The notes beneath the pieces are model-generated. The model searched no databases, was not told the DNA's origin, and was given only the letters and a program-made list of their open reading frames with translations. Shown here in pieces: positions 9,728 through 19,739 of a stretch of 64,000 bases of DNA. The stretch spans positions 224,001 through 288,000 of the forward strand of contig PSMU01000002.1 in assembly GCA_040290255.1 (NCBI GenBank). The letters are read 5' to 3'. Both the position numbers and the translations under genes were made by a program. Numbering within the stretch: the first letter of the stretch is position 1; every line of letters begins with the position of its first letter. The DNA comes from Nitrososphaerota archaeon. Its GTDB lineage: Archaea > Thermoproteota > Nitrososphaeria > PSMU01.

Positions 9728-10428
9728 CTACCCGCCGGGCTCGTAGCGGAGGACGATCACCCCTTCGTTCATGTAAGCGATATGAAACCTCTTGCTGAGT
9801 AGCAGGTGCTGGTAGTGGGCGAGGGTCAGGGGCGCTTTGGGCGGCCCCCCAAGGCGGGGGAGCGCTACGTAGGATATGTTGTGCTGCGCGAGGAGCTGAA
9901 GCGCCTCCAAGAGGGGCCTCAGCATAAGAAAGCAGCGAGGTAAAGGCCAGCGGAGGAGGGCGAAGCCCAGGAGGTTTGGATACCCTCCCCAGCCCAGCAT
10001 TTCCGTGCTCAGCCGCGCGACGGAGCTGGCGAACGCGGCGACCAGCCCCGAGAGTTTGCCCGCTCGCCTGGCGAAGGCGTAGATGGAAAGGGGCTGGGCT
10101 GCATAAAGCAGGGCGGCCACGAGCTTGAGCGCGAGGACCTCGTCATGGATCACGAAGGAGAACCCTGAGAGCAAGAGGAAGAAGAGCGGGGGATACTGCC
10201 AGGGGCTTATCCCCACAGCGGAGCGGTGAGCGCCTATGCATCCTTCGTTTCGCCATAAAGCGCCATTAGCAGCGAGTCCTGAAGGCCATGGGCATAGGCC
10301 AACCACTCCCCGGCATCCGACCACCAGGGCAGCGCCCTTGGCCCCAATTGGAGCCATATCAGGCAAAAGGCGAGCGCGCCAAGCGAAGCCGCGGTGAGCC
10401 AAGCGGCGGCTTCGCCAAAACGGCTCAT
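9728..10428 (-). pseudogene. Degraded membrane glycosyltransferase (GT-C/PMT-like)
   Basis: The N-terminal TM segment (SDAGEW) is cut by TAG at 10234 and a frameshift near 10210. It then resumes with WQYPPLF and WGGYPNLLG and jumps to a C-terminal NISYV...IAYMNEGVIVL segment. Far shorter than intact family members. Confidence 0.6.
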
Positions 10429-10506
10429 CGCTCCAGGCCCGAGCGCCGGAGAGCCTTAAGAGCCTTGGCAAGAAGTTAATTACCGCCCTCCGCGGGCCTG
10501 CGGCCC

Positions 10507-11376
10507 ATGGGCCAAGAGGAACCTCACGCAGGTCTGTACTACTTTGAGGACGTGGCCCCTTATGCGCGCCTAGCCCTACGCGTGCGCGAGGTCATATACA
10601 GCGGCAGAACGCGATACCAGCAGGTCGACATCCTCAGGCTGGAGGGCTTCGGGCTAGCGCTTATTTTGGATGGATACATACAATCAACGGAGGCGGATGA
10701 GCACTTCTACCATGAGGCCCTTGTGCATCCTGCGCTGCTTTCGCACCCAAGGCCGGAGCGCGTGCTGATCCTCGGTGGCGGCGAGGGCGCCGCGCTCAGG
10801 GAGGTGCTCAAGCACAAGAGCGTCAGGCTCTGCTCCCTGGTCGACATCGACGGCGAGCTGCTGGAGCTCTCGAAGAGGTATTTGGCGCCCTTGCATAGGG
10901 GGAGCTTTTGGGACCCGCGCGCCGAGGTTCTGGTGCAGGATGCGGCCCACTACGTCGAGCGCGCGGGGGAGCGCTTTGATATCGTCATAATGGACCTTAC
11001 AGACCCGCATGGCCCGGAGATCTCGCGCCACCTATATTCAAAGGCCTTCTTTGAGAGGCTCCGGGGCCTTCTCGGGCCAGGCGGCTTCTTGGTCGGGCAG
11101 CTGGGCTCGGCCTTCTTTTACCCCGATCTCTACTCGGAAATCATCGCGGCCCTTAGGGCCGTCTTTCCCTCCGTCATCGAATACCAGGTTTGGACGCCCT
11201 CGTTCGGCTGCTGCGCCAACTTCGCGCTGGCCACGCTTGGAGGAAACGTGATAAGGGAAGACTCGGTGGACGAGGAGCTCCGGCGCAGGGGCATCGGCAC
11301 CAAATTCTACGGTGGCCTGGCGCACAGGGCCCTATTCTCGGGCTTCATCAACAGGCGGCCGGAGGGCGCGCAATAG
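10507..11376 (+). CDS. speE: Polyamine aminopropyltransferase (spermidine synthase)
   Basis: LDGYIQST..DE.FYHEALVHP, LILGGGEG, VDID, DIVIMDLTDP. Confidence 0.92.
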   Translation: MGQEEPHAGLYYFEDVAPYARLALRVREVIYSGRTRYQQVDILRLEGFGLALILDGYIQSTEADEHFYHEALVHPALLSHPRPERVLILGGGEGAALREVLKHKSVRLCSLVDIDGELLELSKRYLAPLHRGSFWDPRAEVLVQDAAHYVERAGERFDIVIMDLTDPHGPEISRHLYSKAFFERLRGLLGPGGFLVGQLGSAFFYPDLYSEIIAALRAVFPSVIEYQVWTPSFGCCANFALATLGGNVIREDSVDEELRRRGIGTKFYGGLAHRALFSGFINRRPEGAQ

Positions 11377-11404
11377 CGGGCAGAATAAAGAGGCTAGAGC
11401 GACC

Positions 11405-12643
11405 TTGCCGGCCCTACTGCCACTGGTCGCCTTGGGCGGCGTCCTCGTAACCACGATGCTCAGGGGGGTGCGGAGCTTCCCCCTGGGGATATGGCTTGCC
11501 ATGGACCTGGGAGCGCTGACCGTCCTGGCGACGGGGCAGATAGGCCTCAAGGAAGCGGCCCAGGCCATCGATCCGGACGTCATGCTCTTCCTCCTCGGAA
11601 TGTTCATCATAGGCTCGGCGCTCGAGCTGAGCGGCTACCTCTCGACCCTGACGACCAGGCTGCTTTCGGGCGCTAAAAACGGAGAGGCACTGCTCCTCCG
11701 CATCCTTCTGCTCATGGGCCTGCTTTCTGCCATCCTGATGAACGACACGCTGGCGGTAATCGGGACGCCGGCCCTGCTGAGCGTGGCGGAGCGGCAGAAC
11801 CTCGATCCTAGGCCCCTTCTGCTGGCCCTGGCCTTCGCCATCACCATCGGCAGCGCCATGAGCCCCATAGGCAACCCCCAGAACCTGCTAATAGCGACCG
11901 GCTCTAACATGAGGGAGCCGTTTAGCACTTTTCTGAGATATCTTTTCGTGCCCACGCTCCTCAACCTGCTGAGCGCCTTCCTCCTCCTTCGCGCCTTCTA
12001 TGGCCAGGAGATGAGGAAGCCGCTGAGGTGGGATAACGGGCCGCGCAGCGAAGATAGGAGGTTGGCCTCGCTCTGCAGGCACTCCCTCGAGCTGCTCCTA
12101 GCGCTCTCGGGCCTGAGGGTGGCGCTGGCCTATCTCCTCCCCCAGGGGACCTTCCGCCTAAGCTACATCGCGCTGGCCTCCTCGTTCCCGCTTCTGCTGC
12201 TCAGCGGAAGGCGTATTGAGATCTTAAGGCATGTTGACTGGAGGACGCTGGCCTTCTTCCTGGGCATGTTCGTGCTCATGAGAAGCGTGTGGCTCACGGG
12301 GACCTTTCAGGCGGCCATGGGCGCGCTGGGCCTGCTGCTGCACGACCCCACGCACATCATCTTGGTCAGCCTGCTCTTCAGCCAGCTGCTCTCCAACGTG
12401 CCGCTTACCGCGCTCTTGCTGCCCTCGGTCATGCATGGGGACGAGAAGGCGGCCGTGGCCCTGGCGGCGGGGAGCACCATCGCCGGCAACTTTACCCTCC
12501 TAGGGGCGGCGAGCAACATAATCATAATCCAGGGCGCGGAGGCGAGGCGAAGAACCCTGAGCTTCTGGGACTTCGTGAGGGTGGGCGCGCCGCTGACCGC
12601 GGTCAACTCCCTAACAGTGTGGGCCTTCCTGGTGCTGCTTTGA
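11405..12643 (+). CDS. ArsB/NhaD/SLC13-type anion permease (start approximate)
   Basis: Multi-TM. MNDT, IGSAMSPIGNPQN, SNVP, STIAGNFTLLGAASNII. Confidence 0.85.
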   Translation: MPALLPLVALGGVLVTTMLRGVRSFPLGIWLAMDLGALTVLATGQIGLKEAAQAIDPDVMLFLLGMFIIGSALELSGYLSTLTTRLLSGAKNGEALLLRILLLMGLLSAILMNDTLAVIGTPALLSVAERQNLDPRPLLLALAFAITIGSAMSPIGNPQNLLIATGSNMREPFSTFLRYLFVPTLLNLLSAFLLLRAFYGQEMRKPLRWDNGPRSEDRRLASLCRHSLELLLALSGLRVALAYLLPQGTFRLSYIALASSFPLLLLSGRRIEILRHVDWRTLAFFLGMFVLMRSVWLTGTFQAAMGALGLLLHDPTHIILVSLLFSQLLSNVPLTALLLPSVMHGDEKAAVALAAGSTIAGNFTLLGAASNIIIIQGAEARRRTLSFWDFVRVGAPLTAVNSLTVWAFLVLL

Positions 12644-12680
12644 GGAAGAAGCTTTTTAATGCTATAGGCTCCTTAAGCCC

Positions 12681-13100
12681 ATGAATAGGCCTCTCTATCT
12701 GCACGCGCAGCTCTGGCTCTCCGCCCTGACGGTCCTGCTGACGACGCTCCCCATGAGGCCGGCCTTCCTCGTGGACCTGCACGCAGTTTTAGGCCTCGTG
12801 CTCCTGGGCACGGCGCATTACTGTCGCGTGAAGCTGGGACAGGGAAGAGCGCATGCCTCCCTTGCCAGGATAGCCCTTTGGACCGCGGTCCTCGTCACCG
12901 CCCAGGCGGCGCTGGGCCTGGCATTGTATGCCGCCTTTAGGATAGGAGCGCCCATGCCTGCTGATGTGTACACCGGCCTGAGCGCGGTTCACCTCGTAAT
13001 AGGGCTCGGCATCCTAGCCGAGAGCGCGGGGCTCTTTACGGGCTACGGAATATGGAGGCAGCTCGTGCCGAGCGGCGAAGCTCAAGAAGCCAGGGCTTGA
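12681..13100 (+). CDS. Four-helix membrane protein with conserved-looking histidines
   Basis: About 4 TM segments. TTTTTAAT about 25 nt upstream of the ATG. Confidence 0.65.
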   Translation: MNRPLYLHAQLWLSALTVLLTTLPMRPAFLVDLHAVLGLVLLGTAHYCRVKLGQGRAHASLARIALWTAVLVTAQAALGLALYAAFRIGAPMPADVYTGLSAVHLVIGLGILAESAGLFTGYGIWRQLVPSGEAQEARA

Positions 13101-13128
13101 CGCCATCCTGTATTCGGGCCGAGGGGGG

Positions 13129-14382
13129 ATGGAGGGCCACGTGCTAAGGGAGACGCTCAGCAGGGCGCGGGAGGAAAATGAGCGCATCAACGCCTTCACC
13201 CAGCTGCCTCTCGCCGGGGAGCTGCCACGCTCACCACCCAGGGGTAGGCTGAGGGGGCTAATAGTCGCGATAAAGGATAACATCGACGTGGCGGGCTACT
13301 ACACGACCTGCGCCCTCAGGTACTTCTCTTCTGTCCGCCAGAGGAGAGATGCTGCCGTGGTGGCAACGCTGAGGCGGGAGGGCGCCATCATCTTGGGCAA
13401 GACTAACATGCATGCCCTTGCGCTGGGGGCCACCTCCACCAGCTCCGACTACGGCCCCGTGAGGAACCCCAGGGATACCTCTAGGATAGCGGGCGGCTCG
13501 AGCGGGGGCTCCGCGGCGGCCGTGGCGCTTGGCCTCGCACAGGCGAGCCTCGGCACCGATACCGGAGGCTCCGTGCGAGTGCCGGCAGCCCTCTGCGGGG
13601 TCGTGGGGTTCAAGCCCACCATCTCCAGCATGAGCCTGCGCGGCGTGGCCCCCTTGAGCCCCAGCTTGGACCATGTGGGCATCCTTGCGCCCGACGTAGC
13701 GACGGCGCACAGGCTATGCGCCTACCTGATGAGGCTTGACCAAATGGCACGGCCTCAGGAGCCATCGCGGCTCAGGCTAGGCCTGCCCAAGGGAGGGTTC
13801 TTGGAGGGCTTAGAGGGGGCCATCGAGGAGGCCTTCCTCGGGGCCGTGGAAGCCCTGGAGCGGCGGGGCGTAAAGTTCGCACAGGTAAAGTTGCCCTCCT
13901 TGGCCCGTATAAACCGCCTGCGGGCCGTCGTGCTGCTACGGGAAGCCTCATGGCTCTACCAGCCCTTGGTCAACCAGGAAGGCCTCCTGCCCGCAGATGT
14001 GCGCCAGACCTTGCTGAGGGCAAAGGGGATCACCAAGAAGAAGTACCTGAGGGCGCTCATCTCCAGACATGCCGCGGTGGCCAGGGCTGAGCTGGGCCTG
14101 AGCAGGGTACATGCCCTCATCATGCCCACGGTGCCCATAGCAGCGCCCAAAATGGACCAGGTGCTTGGACGGGAGCTCCGATGGCGGGGGCCGCTGCTCA
14201 GGAACACCGCCTACTTCAACTATACGGGCCAACCCGCCATCTCGCTGCCAGTCAACATGAACGAGGGGCTCTACCTGGGCCTCCAGCTCGTGGGGCGCCT
14301 CGGCAGGGATGGCGAGCTCCTTGCAATAGCCGACACGATCGAGCGCCTGCTGGCGCAGGGGCCTCGCGTAAAGACGGCGTAA
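13129..14382 (+). CDS. Amidase signature family protein
   Basis: IKDNI, GKTNMH, GGSSGGSAAAV, GTDTGGSVRVPA. Confidence 0.9.
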   Translation: MEGHVLRETLSRAREENERINAFTQLPLAGELPRSPPRGRLRGLIVAIKDNIDVAGYYTTCALRYFSSVRQRRDAAVVATLRREGAIILGKTNMHALALGATSTSSDYGPVRNPRDTSRIAGGSSGGSAAAVALGLAQASLGTDTGGSVRVPAALCGVVGFKPTISSMSLRGVAPLSPSLDHVGILAPDVATAHRLCAYLMRLDQMARPQEPSRLRLGLPKGGFLEGLEGAIEEAFLGAVEALERRGVKFAQVKLPSLARINRLRAVVLLREASWLYQPLVNQEGLLPADVRQTLLRAKGITKKKYLRALISRHAAVARAELGLSRVHALIMPTVPIAAPKMDQVLGRELRWRGPLLRNTAYFNYTGQPAISLPVNMNEGLYLGLQLVGRLGRDGELLAIADTIERLLAQGPRVKTA

Positions 14383-14383
14383 G

Positions 14384-14800
14384 TCAGCCTCTAAGATATT
14401 TGCGCAACGCACCCGAGAGCGCCTGAGACAGCGGCTTTGACCTGAAGTCGTCGAGCCCTACGCAGGCTACGGAGGCCCACCCCTCGGCGGCAAGTCTGCC
14501 TTGGCCAAGGTCAAGCACCCTAAAGCCGTAGCGGACATGCCTCGTGCCCAGCTCCTCCACCCAGAGCTCGACCTCGGCTTCATCGCCCACGCTCATCGGC
14601 GCCAGGTATCGGCAGTGGGCCTCCACGCGCGGCAGCGCGATCTCGTACTCCCTCCTAAGGGCCCCGTACGAGAGGCCCTCCGAGGCCAGCAGCGCCTGCT
14701 CGGCCCTCTCGAAGTACTTAAAGTAGTTCGTAAAGTGCACGATCCCCAGCGCATCGGTGTCCACGAACTCCACCGTGAACCTTAGCCTGAAGCTCGCCAC
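14384..14800 (-). CDS. Acyl-CoA thioesterase (4HBT/YbgC hot-dog family)
   Basis: DTDALGIVHFTNYFKYFE motif. GTG start at 14800. Confidence 0.85.
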   Translation of the reverse strand: MASFRLRFTVEFVDTDALGIVHFTNYFKYFERAEQALLASEGLSYGALRREYEIALPRVEAHCRYLAPMSVGDEAEVELWVEELGTRHVRYGFRVLDLGQGRLAAEGWASVACVGLDDFRSKPLSQALSGALRKYLRG

Positions 14801-14821
14801 GGCCAAGCGGCCATAACAGAG

Positions 14822-14829
14822 CATATAAG
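14822..14829. promoter_or_regulatory. Putative bidirectional TATA box
   Basis: CATATAAG is centred between divergent starts at 14800 (-) and 14851 (+). Confidence 0.55.
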
Positions 14830-14850
14830 GCGTCAGAGGACAAAGCCCGC

Positions 14851-16617
14851 GTGCCCGGCGAGGCCGACCTCCTGCTTCCGCTGGTTTATACGCTCGTGGC
14901 CAGCTCGCTCCTAGGGCTGGCCAGCAGGAGGATTGGCCTGCCGATGGTGGCGGGCTTCGTAGCCGGCGGCATGATAGTGGGCCCACTCGCGGGCCTCGTG
15001 GACAGAGAGGCGCTCACGCTGAGGTTCCTAGCGGAGCTGGGGATCATCCTGATCACCTTCGAAATCGGCCTCACGCTCAGGCTCGACTTCTTCGCGAGGG
15101 GAGGGCTAAGGGCGTTTTCCATCTTGATGGTGGAGGTGCTGCTCGTGAGCCTGCTGACCTTCGCCCTGGGCTCCCTACTATCGATAGGGTGGGGAGATCT
15201 CCTCGTGCTGCTGTTCCTGGCCGTAAACACCAGCTCCGCGCTGGCCTTCAAGTTGCTGGAGGAACGTGCCGTGGCCGCGCCCGCCTTCAGGGAGTTGCTC
15301 CTGGCCCTCGCGGCCCAAGAGGACGTAGTGGCCCTCATAGGCCTGACGCTCTTCCCCCTGCTGGCAAGGCTTGAGCCGGCCAATCCGGTCGAGCTGGCCC
15401 GGAGCCTCCTGCTCATACCCTCCTCCGTCGCGCTTCTGCTCTTCGTGGGGCTCAGGTATCTGAGGCGCCCGCTGGAGTACTTTGCCCGAGTTGGGGGCGA
15501 AACCTTCCTGGCGATGAGCTTCGCGCTCGTACTGGCCTTTTCCTATCTGGGGGTGATCTCCGGCCTCTCTTCCGCCCTGGGCGCCTTCATAGCTGGCCTC
15601 GTGGTCTCCAACAGCGCCGTCTCCGAGAAGGTCGCGGATGCGCTGCGGTCGCTGAGACATATATCCGCGCTCTTCTTCTTCTCCTCCATAGGTGCCTCCA
15701 TGCCCGTCTCCGGGAACCCCTTGCTCTTCGCCGCAGGCGTGGGAATAGCGCTGCTGTCCGTGGCGCTTAAGTACTTCGGATTCTCGATCGCCAGCTGGTT
15801 GCTGGGCACGGAGCTCAGCGAGGCCTTTAGGCTGGGCCTATATATGACCTCGATAAGCGAATTCGGCATCATCGTGGCCAGGGGAGGCCTTGAGGCCGGC
15901 CTGGCGACTCAGACGTTCTACACCGCCAGCGTGCTCGCGTTCACGCTCTCCTCCCTTCTCTCGGCTACGCTGGTCAAGTTCGAGCATACGCTGCCCGGCA
16001 GGCTGGCCCACCTCTTTCCCCTGGGCCTTAGGCTCGGCCTCGAGAGGGCTTCGATGGCACTCCGCAATGCCTTTAGCAGGAGGGTGCAGGGCAGCGGCCA
16101 GCTTCGCGCGGTCGCCTCCGAATTCCTGAAGCGCCTGGGGATCATCCTGGTCGTCACGCTCATCGGCAACGTGCTGGTAGAGCTAAGCGGCCTTCTTCCG
16201 CCATGGCTGTACGCGCCCGCGGTGGCCTTCATCGTGCTCAGCGTAGGAGTAGTGGTGGTGCTCGTGGCGCTGAGGATGAGGGCCACCGTCGAGAGGCTCG
16301 GCCTTGAGATGGAGCCGCCGGGCGATTCGCCCAGGGCCTACAGGGCGCGCCAGCTGGGCGCGATGCTTTACACGCTCGTCCTGCTCGGCATAGGGCTTTG
16401 GATCCTGGGCGTATCCTATCCGCGCCTTGGGCGCCTCATGCAGGCAGCGCAGGAGCAGGGCCTGGCCCCCCTGCTCTTCGTGCTGATCCTGGCGCTGCTG
16501 CTGGCCCTTGCCTTCACGCGGCTCAGGGCCATCGCCTCCAACCTGGAGAGGGCCTTCGGCATAGGCCACCCCACGGGGAGAAGGCTATATCCCACGGGCT
16601 CCACTGCTGGCGCGTGA
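14851..16617 (+). CDS. Cation:proton antiporter (CPA2 family) with C-terminal TM extension
   Basis: AELGIILITFEIGL, QEDV, SSALGAFIAG, FFSSIG, SISEFG. Confidence 0.85.
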   Translation: MPGEADLLLPLVYTLVASSLLGLASRRIGLPMVAGFVAGGMIVGPLAGLVDREALTLRFLAELGIILITFEIGLTLRLDFFARGGLRAFSILMVEVLLVSLLTFALGSLLSIGWGDLLVLLFLAVNTSSALAFKLLEERAVAAPAFRELLLALAAQEDVVALIGLTLFPLLARLEPANPVELARSLLLIPSSVALLLFVGLRYLRRPLEYFARVGGETFLAMSFALVLAFSYLGVISGLSSALGAFIAGLVVSNSAVSEKVADALRSLRHISALFFFSSIGASMPVSGNPLLFAAGVGIALLSVALKYFGFSIASWLLGTELSEAFRLGLYMTSISEFGIIVARGGLEAGLATQTFYTASVLAFTLSSLLSATLVKFEHTLPGRLAHLFPLGLRLGLERASMALRNAFSRRVQGSGQLRAVASEFLKRLGIILVVTLIGNVLVELSGLLPPWLYAPAVAFIVLSVGVVVVLVALRMRATVERLGLEMEPPGDSPRAYRARQLGAMLYTLVLLGIGLWILGVSYPRLGRLMQAAQEQGLAPLLFVLILALLLALAFTRLRAIASNLERAFGIGHPTGRRLYPTGSTAGA

Positions 16618-18335
16618 AGGAGGAGGCGGGCGTTCGTCCCCTGCACGCCCTCATCGAGGAGGGTTATTATGAGCCCTCTACGCGAACGGTGCGCGCCATA
16701 AAGGGCTGGAAGCTGCACTGCGTGAACTGGCAGGTCGAGGGGGTGCTCAGGATGCTCTTCAACGTCCTCGACCCCTCCCTGGCCAAGGACCCCAAGAAGC
16801 TCATCGTCTACGGCGGCAGGGGGAAGGCGGCTAGGAATTGGGAGTGCTTTGAAGCCATCGTGGACTCGCTCCTCACCTTGAGGGAGGATGAGACGCTCTT
16901 GGTCCAGAGCGGAAAGCCCGTCGCGATCTTCAGGACGGGCGCCTGGGCCCCGCGGGCGCTCATCTGCAACTCCATGCTCGTGGGCAGGTGGGCTACGTGG
17001 GAACACTTCGAGGAGCTTGAGGCCAAGGGACTCATCATGTACGGGCAATATACCGCCGGCTCCTGGAACTTTATAGGGCTTCAGGGGATCCTTCAGGGGA
17101 CCTTCGAGACCTTCGCGGCCGTGGCGGACAGGCACTTCGGCGGCACGCTCAAGGGGCGGCTTGTGCTCTCGGCCGGCCTGGGCGCCATGGGGGGCGCGCA
17201 GCCGCTGGCCATCACGATGAACGAGGGCGTGGCCCTCATCGCGGATGTGGATGAGGGGCTCATCAGGAGGAGGGCTGAGGACGGGTGGCTCGACCGGTGG
17301 ACGCAGGATGTTGAGCAGGCGCTGGCCTGGGCCGAGCAGGCAAGGGCCCAGGGCCGGCCCTTGAGCGTAGGGCTCGTGGGCAATGCGGCCGAGGTCTATC
17401 CGCAGCTCCTAAAGCGGGGCGTCATCCCCGACGTCGTGACCGACCAGACGCCCGCACATGACCCGTTGAGCTATGTGCCCGAGGGCCTGAGCCCTGAGCG
17501 GGCCGAGAAGTTGCGAGTCAGCGACCCACAGGCCTATGCGGCGAGCGCGCTCAGGTCCATGAAGAAGCAGGTGGAGGCCATCTTAGGCTTCATGCGAAGG
17601 GGCGCCGTGGCCTTTGAATACGGCAATAATATTAGGAGGAACGCCGCCGAGGCGGGTCTACAGGAGGCGCTATCCTATCCCGGGTTCATTCAGGCGTACC
17701 TGAGGCCTATGTTGGAGGAGGGGAGGGGCCCCTTCAGATGGGCGAGCCTGGTGGGGGAGCCCGAGGACATCCACAGGCTGGATGAGGTTATCCTTAGCGA
17801 ATTCGGGCACAACGCCAGGCTGGCCAGGTGGATAAACTTGGCCCGGCGACACGTCAGGTTCCAGGGCCTGCCGGCCAGGGTCTGCTGGCTGGGGTTCGGC
17901 GAGCGCGCGCGCTTCGGCAAGCTGGCTAACGACTTGGTGGCCCGAGGGGTCGTGGGACCCATCTGGGTGGGAAGGGATCATCTGGATTCAGGCAGCGTGG
18001 CCTCACCATACAGGGAGACGGAGGGCATGAGGGATGGCAGCGATGCCGTGGCCGACTGGCCCATCCTTAACGCCCTCCTCAACACAGCTGCCGGTGCCAC
18101 ATGGGTGGCGGTACATCAGGGAGGGGGGCAGGGCATGGGCTTCTCCATCTCCGCGGGCTTCGGCATGGTGCTCGATGGCACCAAGGAGGCGGAGGGCAAG
18201 GCCCTGAGGCTCTTCGAGTTCGACCCCGGCATCGGCGTCGTGAGGCATGCAGATGCTGGCTACGAGAAGGCCATAAGGCTGGTCAAGGCGAGCGGCATCA
18301 GGATGCCGATGCTCAGGGGCCAGCCACCTCCCTGA
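16614..18335 (+). CDS. hutU: Urocanate hydratase
   Basis: LIVYGGRGKAARNW, MYGQYTAGSW, GLGAMGGAQP, DQTPAHD, GRDHLDSGSVASP.RETE. GTG start overlaps the antiporter TGA. Confidence 0.95.
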   Translation: MKEEAGVRPLHALIEEGYYEPSTRTVRAIKGWKLHCVNWQVEGVLRMLFNVLDPSLAKDPKKLIVYGGRGKAARNWECFEAIVDSLLTLREDETLLVQSGKPVAIFRTGAWAPRALICNSMLVGRWATWEHFEELEAKGLIMYGQYTAGSWNFIGLQGILQGTFETFAAVADRHFGGTLKGRLVLSAGLGAMGGAQPLAITMNEGVALIADVDEGLIRRRAEDGWLDRWTQDVEQALAWAEQARAQGRPLSVGLVGNAAEVYPQLLKRGVIPDVVTDQTPAHDPLSYVPEGLSPERAEKLRVSDPQAYAASALRSMKKQVEAILGFMRRGAVAFEYGNNIRRNAAEAGLQEALSYPGFIQAYLRPMLEEGRGPFRWASLVGEPEDIHRLDEVILSEFGHNARLARWINLARRHVRFQGLPARVCWLGFGERARFGKLANDLVARGVVGPIWVGRDHLDSGSVASPYRETEGMRDGSDAVADWPILNALLNTAAGATWVAVHQGGGQGMGFSISAGFGMVLDGTKEAEGKALRLFEFDPGIGVVRHADAGYEKAIRLVKASGIRMPMLRGQPPP

Positions 18336-19650
18336 TCAGGAGCTCCTCGAGCGCCCTGCGCGCGCTCTCCACGCCCCTGTAGAGCCAGGCCCCCGCGGCC
18401 CCCAGGCCCAGGGCCCAAAGCAACGAGGCGAGAATGAGATACTGCTGGGCCGTTATGCTCGCCTCCACCTGCACCACCAGCGCCCCGCTCAGGCCGGTGA
18501 GGCCCGTCAGGAGGCCCACCAGGGAGGACCTTACCCCGGTCGGGAAGAGCTCGCTCTGCAGCGCGCTGAGGGTACCCCAGGCCCATTCGGAGAAGATCAG
18601 GGCCACGAAGAGCGACAGCAGATAGTAGGGAAGGGAGGCTAAGGCATGAGCGTATAAGAGGAGCAGGCTGCCCAGCAGCCCGCCGGCAAAGGCCACGAAG
18701 GTGGCGACGCGCCTCGCCCTGTCGATCAACAGCGCCAGCGGCAGCGCCCCTACGGCGGCGCCTAGGTTGGCCGTGAAGATTACGTAGGGCACGGACTCCA
18801 GGCCAAAGCTGAAGCCAGGCGCATAAGGGGCGTAGTAGGCCATCATGTTGTACGTCAGATACTGGACAACCGTGATTATCGCCAACACGGCGAACCTAAA
18901 CGTGTACCGCCGCAGCGCTTCGGCCATGCCCACCCCCTCCTCACGCAAGGGCGAGCCGGAGAGGGCCCCGCCGTGGCCCGTGAACCGCCTGGCGATGGCG
19001 AGCGCTTGCTCCGCCCTTCCCCTCAGCAGTAGCCAGCGGGGGGACTCGGGAAGGGCCAGGCGGGCCAGCCTTATGCCCGCCGCCACCAGCACGGCCGAAG
19101 CGAGCAGTGCGCCCAGCTGAGGTGAGGCGCTTTGATAGAGCTCGCCGAAGGCCAGGGCAAGGCCGGCGATGAAGGCCGCTCCGACGTTCCAAAAGTTAGG
19201 CGCCAAGAGCAGGGCCTTGCCCCTATCCTTGGCGGGCAGGAGCTCGGCCAGGGCCGCGTAAGCGGCGCCAAACTCTCCGCCCACCCCGAAGTTCAGCAGA
19301 GACGTGAGCAGCAGCAGGGCGAGCGTTGATTCGTACGTGAAGATGAGCAGCAGCAGGGCCGCCATCTCTAGAAGTAGTGCGGCGGTAAAGATGGGCCTGC
19401 GCCCATATCGATCCGCCAGGTAGCCTAGAAGGATGGCACCCAGCATCTCCGAAAGCAGGTTCGCCGCAAAGATGGCCGGAAAGCTTGCTGGCGCCAGCAC
19501 GGAGACGATGAGCGGCGCGATCGAGAAGATGATGCCATCGGCAAAATAGTTGAGCGAGATGACGGAAAAGAGCGCCCAGTGGGCGCGGCGCCAGCTGCTC
19601 GTGCTCAGAAGCGCGGCCATATCAGGAGGGCCCAGCGAGGGCTCGCCCAT
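18313..19650 (-). CDS. MFS transporter (sugar/aromatic acid type)
   Basis: GYLADRYGRR, GVGGEF, PESPRWL, ELFPTGVRS. Confidence 0.9.
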   Translation of the reverse strand: MGEPSLGPPDMAALLSTSSWRRAHWALFSVISLNYFADGIIFSIAPLIVSVLAPASFPAIFAANLLSEMLGAILLGYLADRYGRRPIFTAALLLEMAALLLLIFTYESTLALLLLTSLLNFGVGGEFGAAYAALAELLPAKDRGKALLLAPNFWNVGAAFIAGLALAFGELYQSASPQLGALLASAVLVAAGIRLARLALPESPRWLLLRGRAEQALAIARRFTGHGGALSGSPLREEGVGMAEALRRYTFRFAVLAIITVVQYLTYNMMAYYAPYAPGFSFGLESVPYVIFTANLGAAVGALPLALLIDRARRVATFVAFAGGLLGSLLLLYAHALASLPYYLLSLFVALIFSEWAWGTLSALQSELFPTGVRSSLVGLLTGLTGLSGALVVQVEASITAQQYLILASLLWALGLGAAGAWLYRGVESARRALEELLIREVAGP

Positions 19651-19739
19651 GTGCCGCCGACGAGATGAGGCCCTTATAACGAATGCTATAAAGGCCTTAT
19701 AACATAAAGAGCTAAGCGCCTAGCCATCGGCCGGCTGGC

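Noticed and set aside
10208-10236. Amber readthrough or pyrrolysine at TAG 10234
   Set aside because: A TAA follows eight codons later, and a frameshift plus a large deletion are also needed. Pseudogenisation is the simpler explanation.
16398-16613. Long N-terminal extensions given by the ORF track (hutU, hsp20, DRG, E1 beta, kleisin, ABC ATPase, thioesterase)
   Set aside because: The extensions overlap neighbouring genes. Downstream starts fit family N-termini, stop/start coupling and TATA spacing better.
19672-19704. Direct repeat CCTTATAAC and near-palindrome between MFS and SDR genes
   Set aside because: Adequately explained as the TATA boxes of two divergent promoters, and too short to call an operator.
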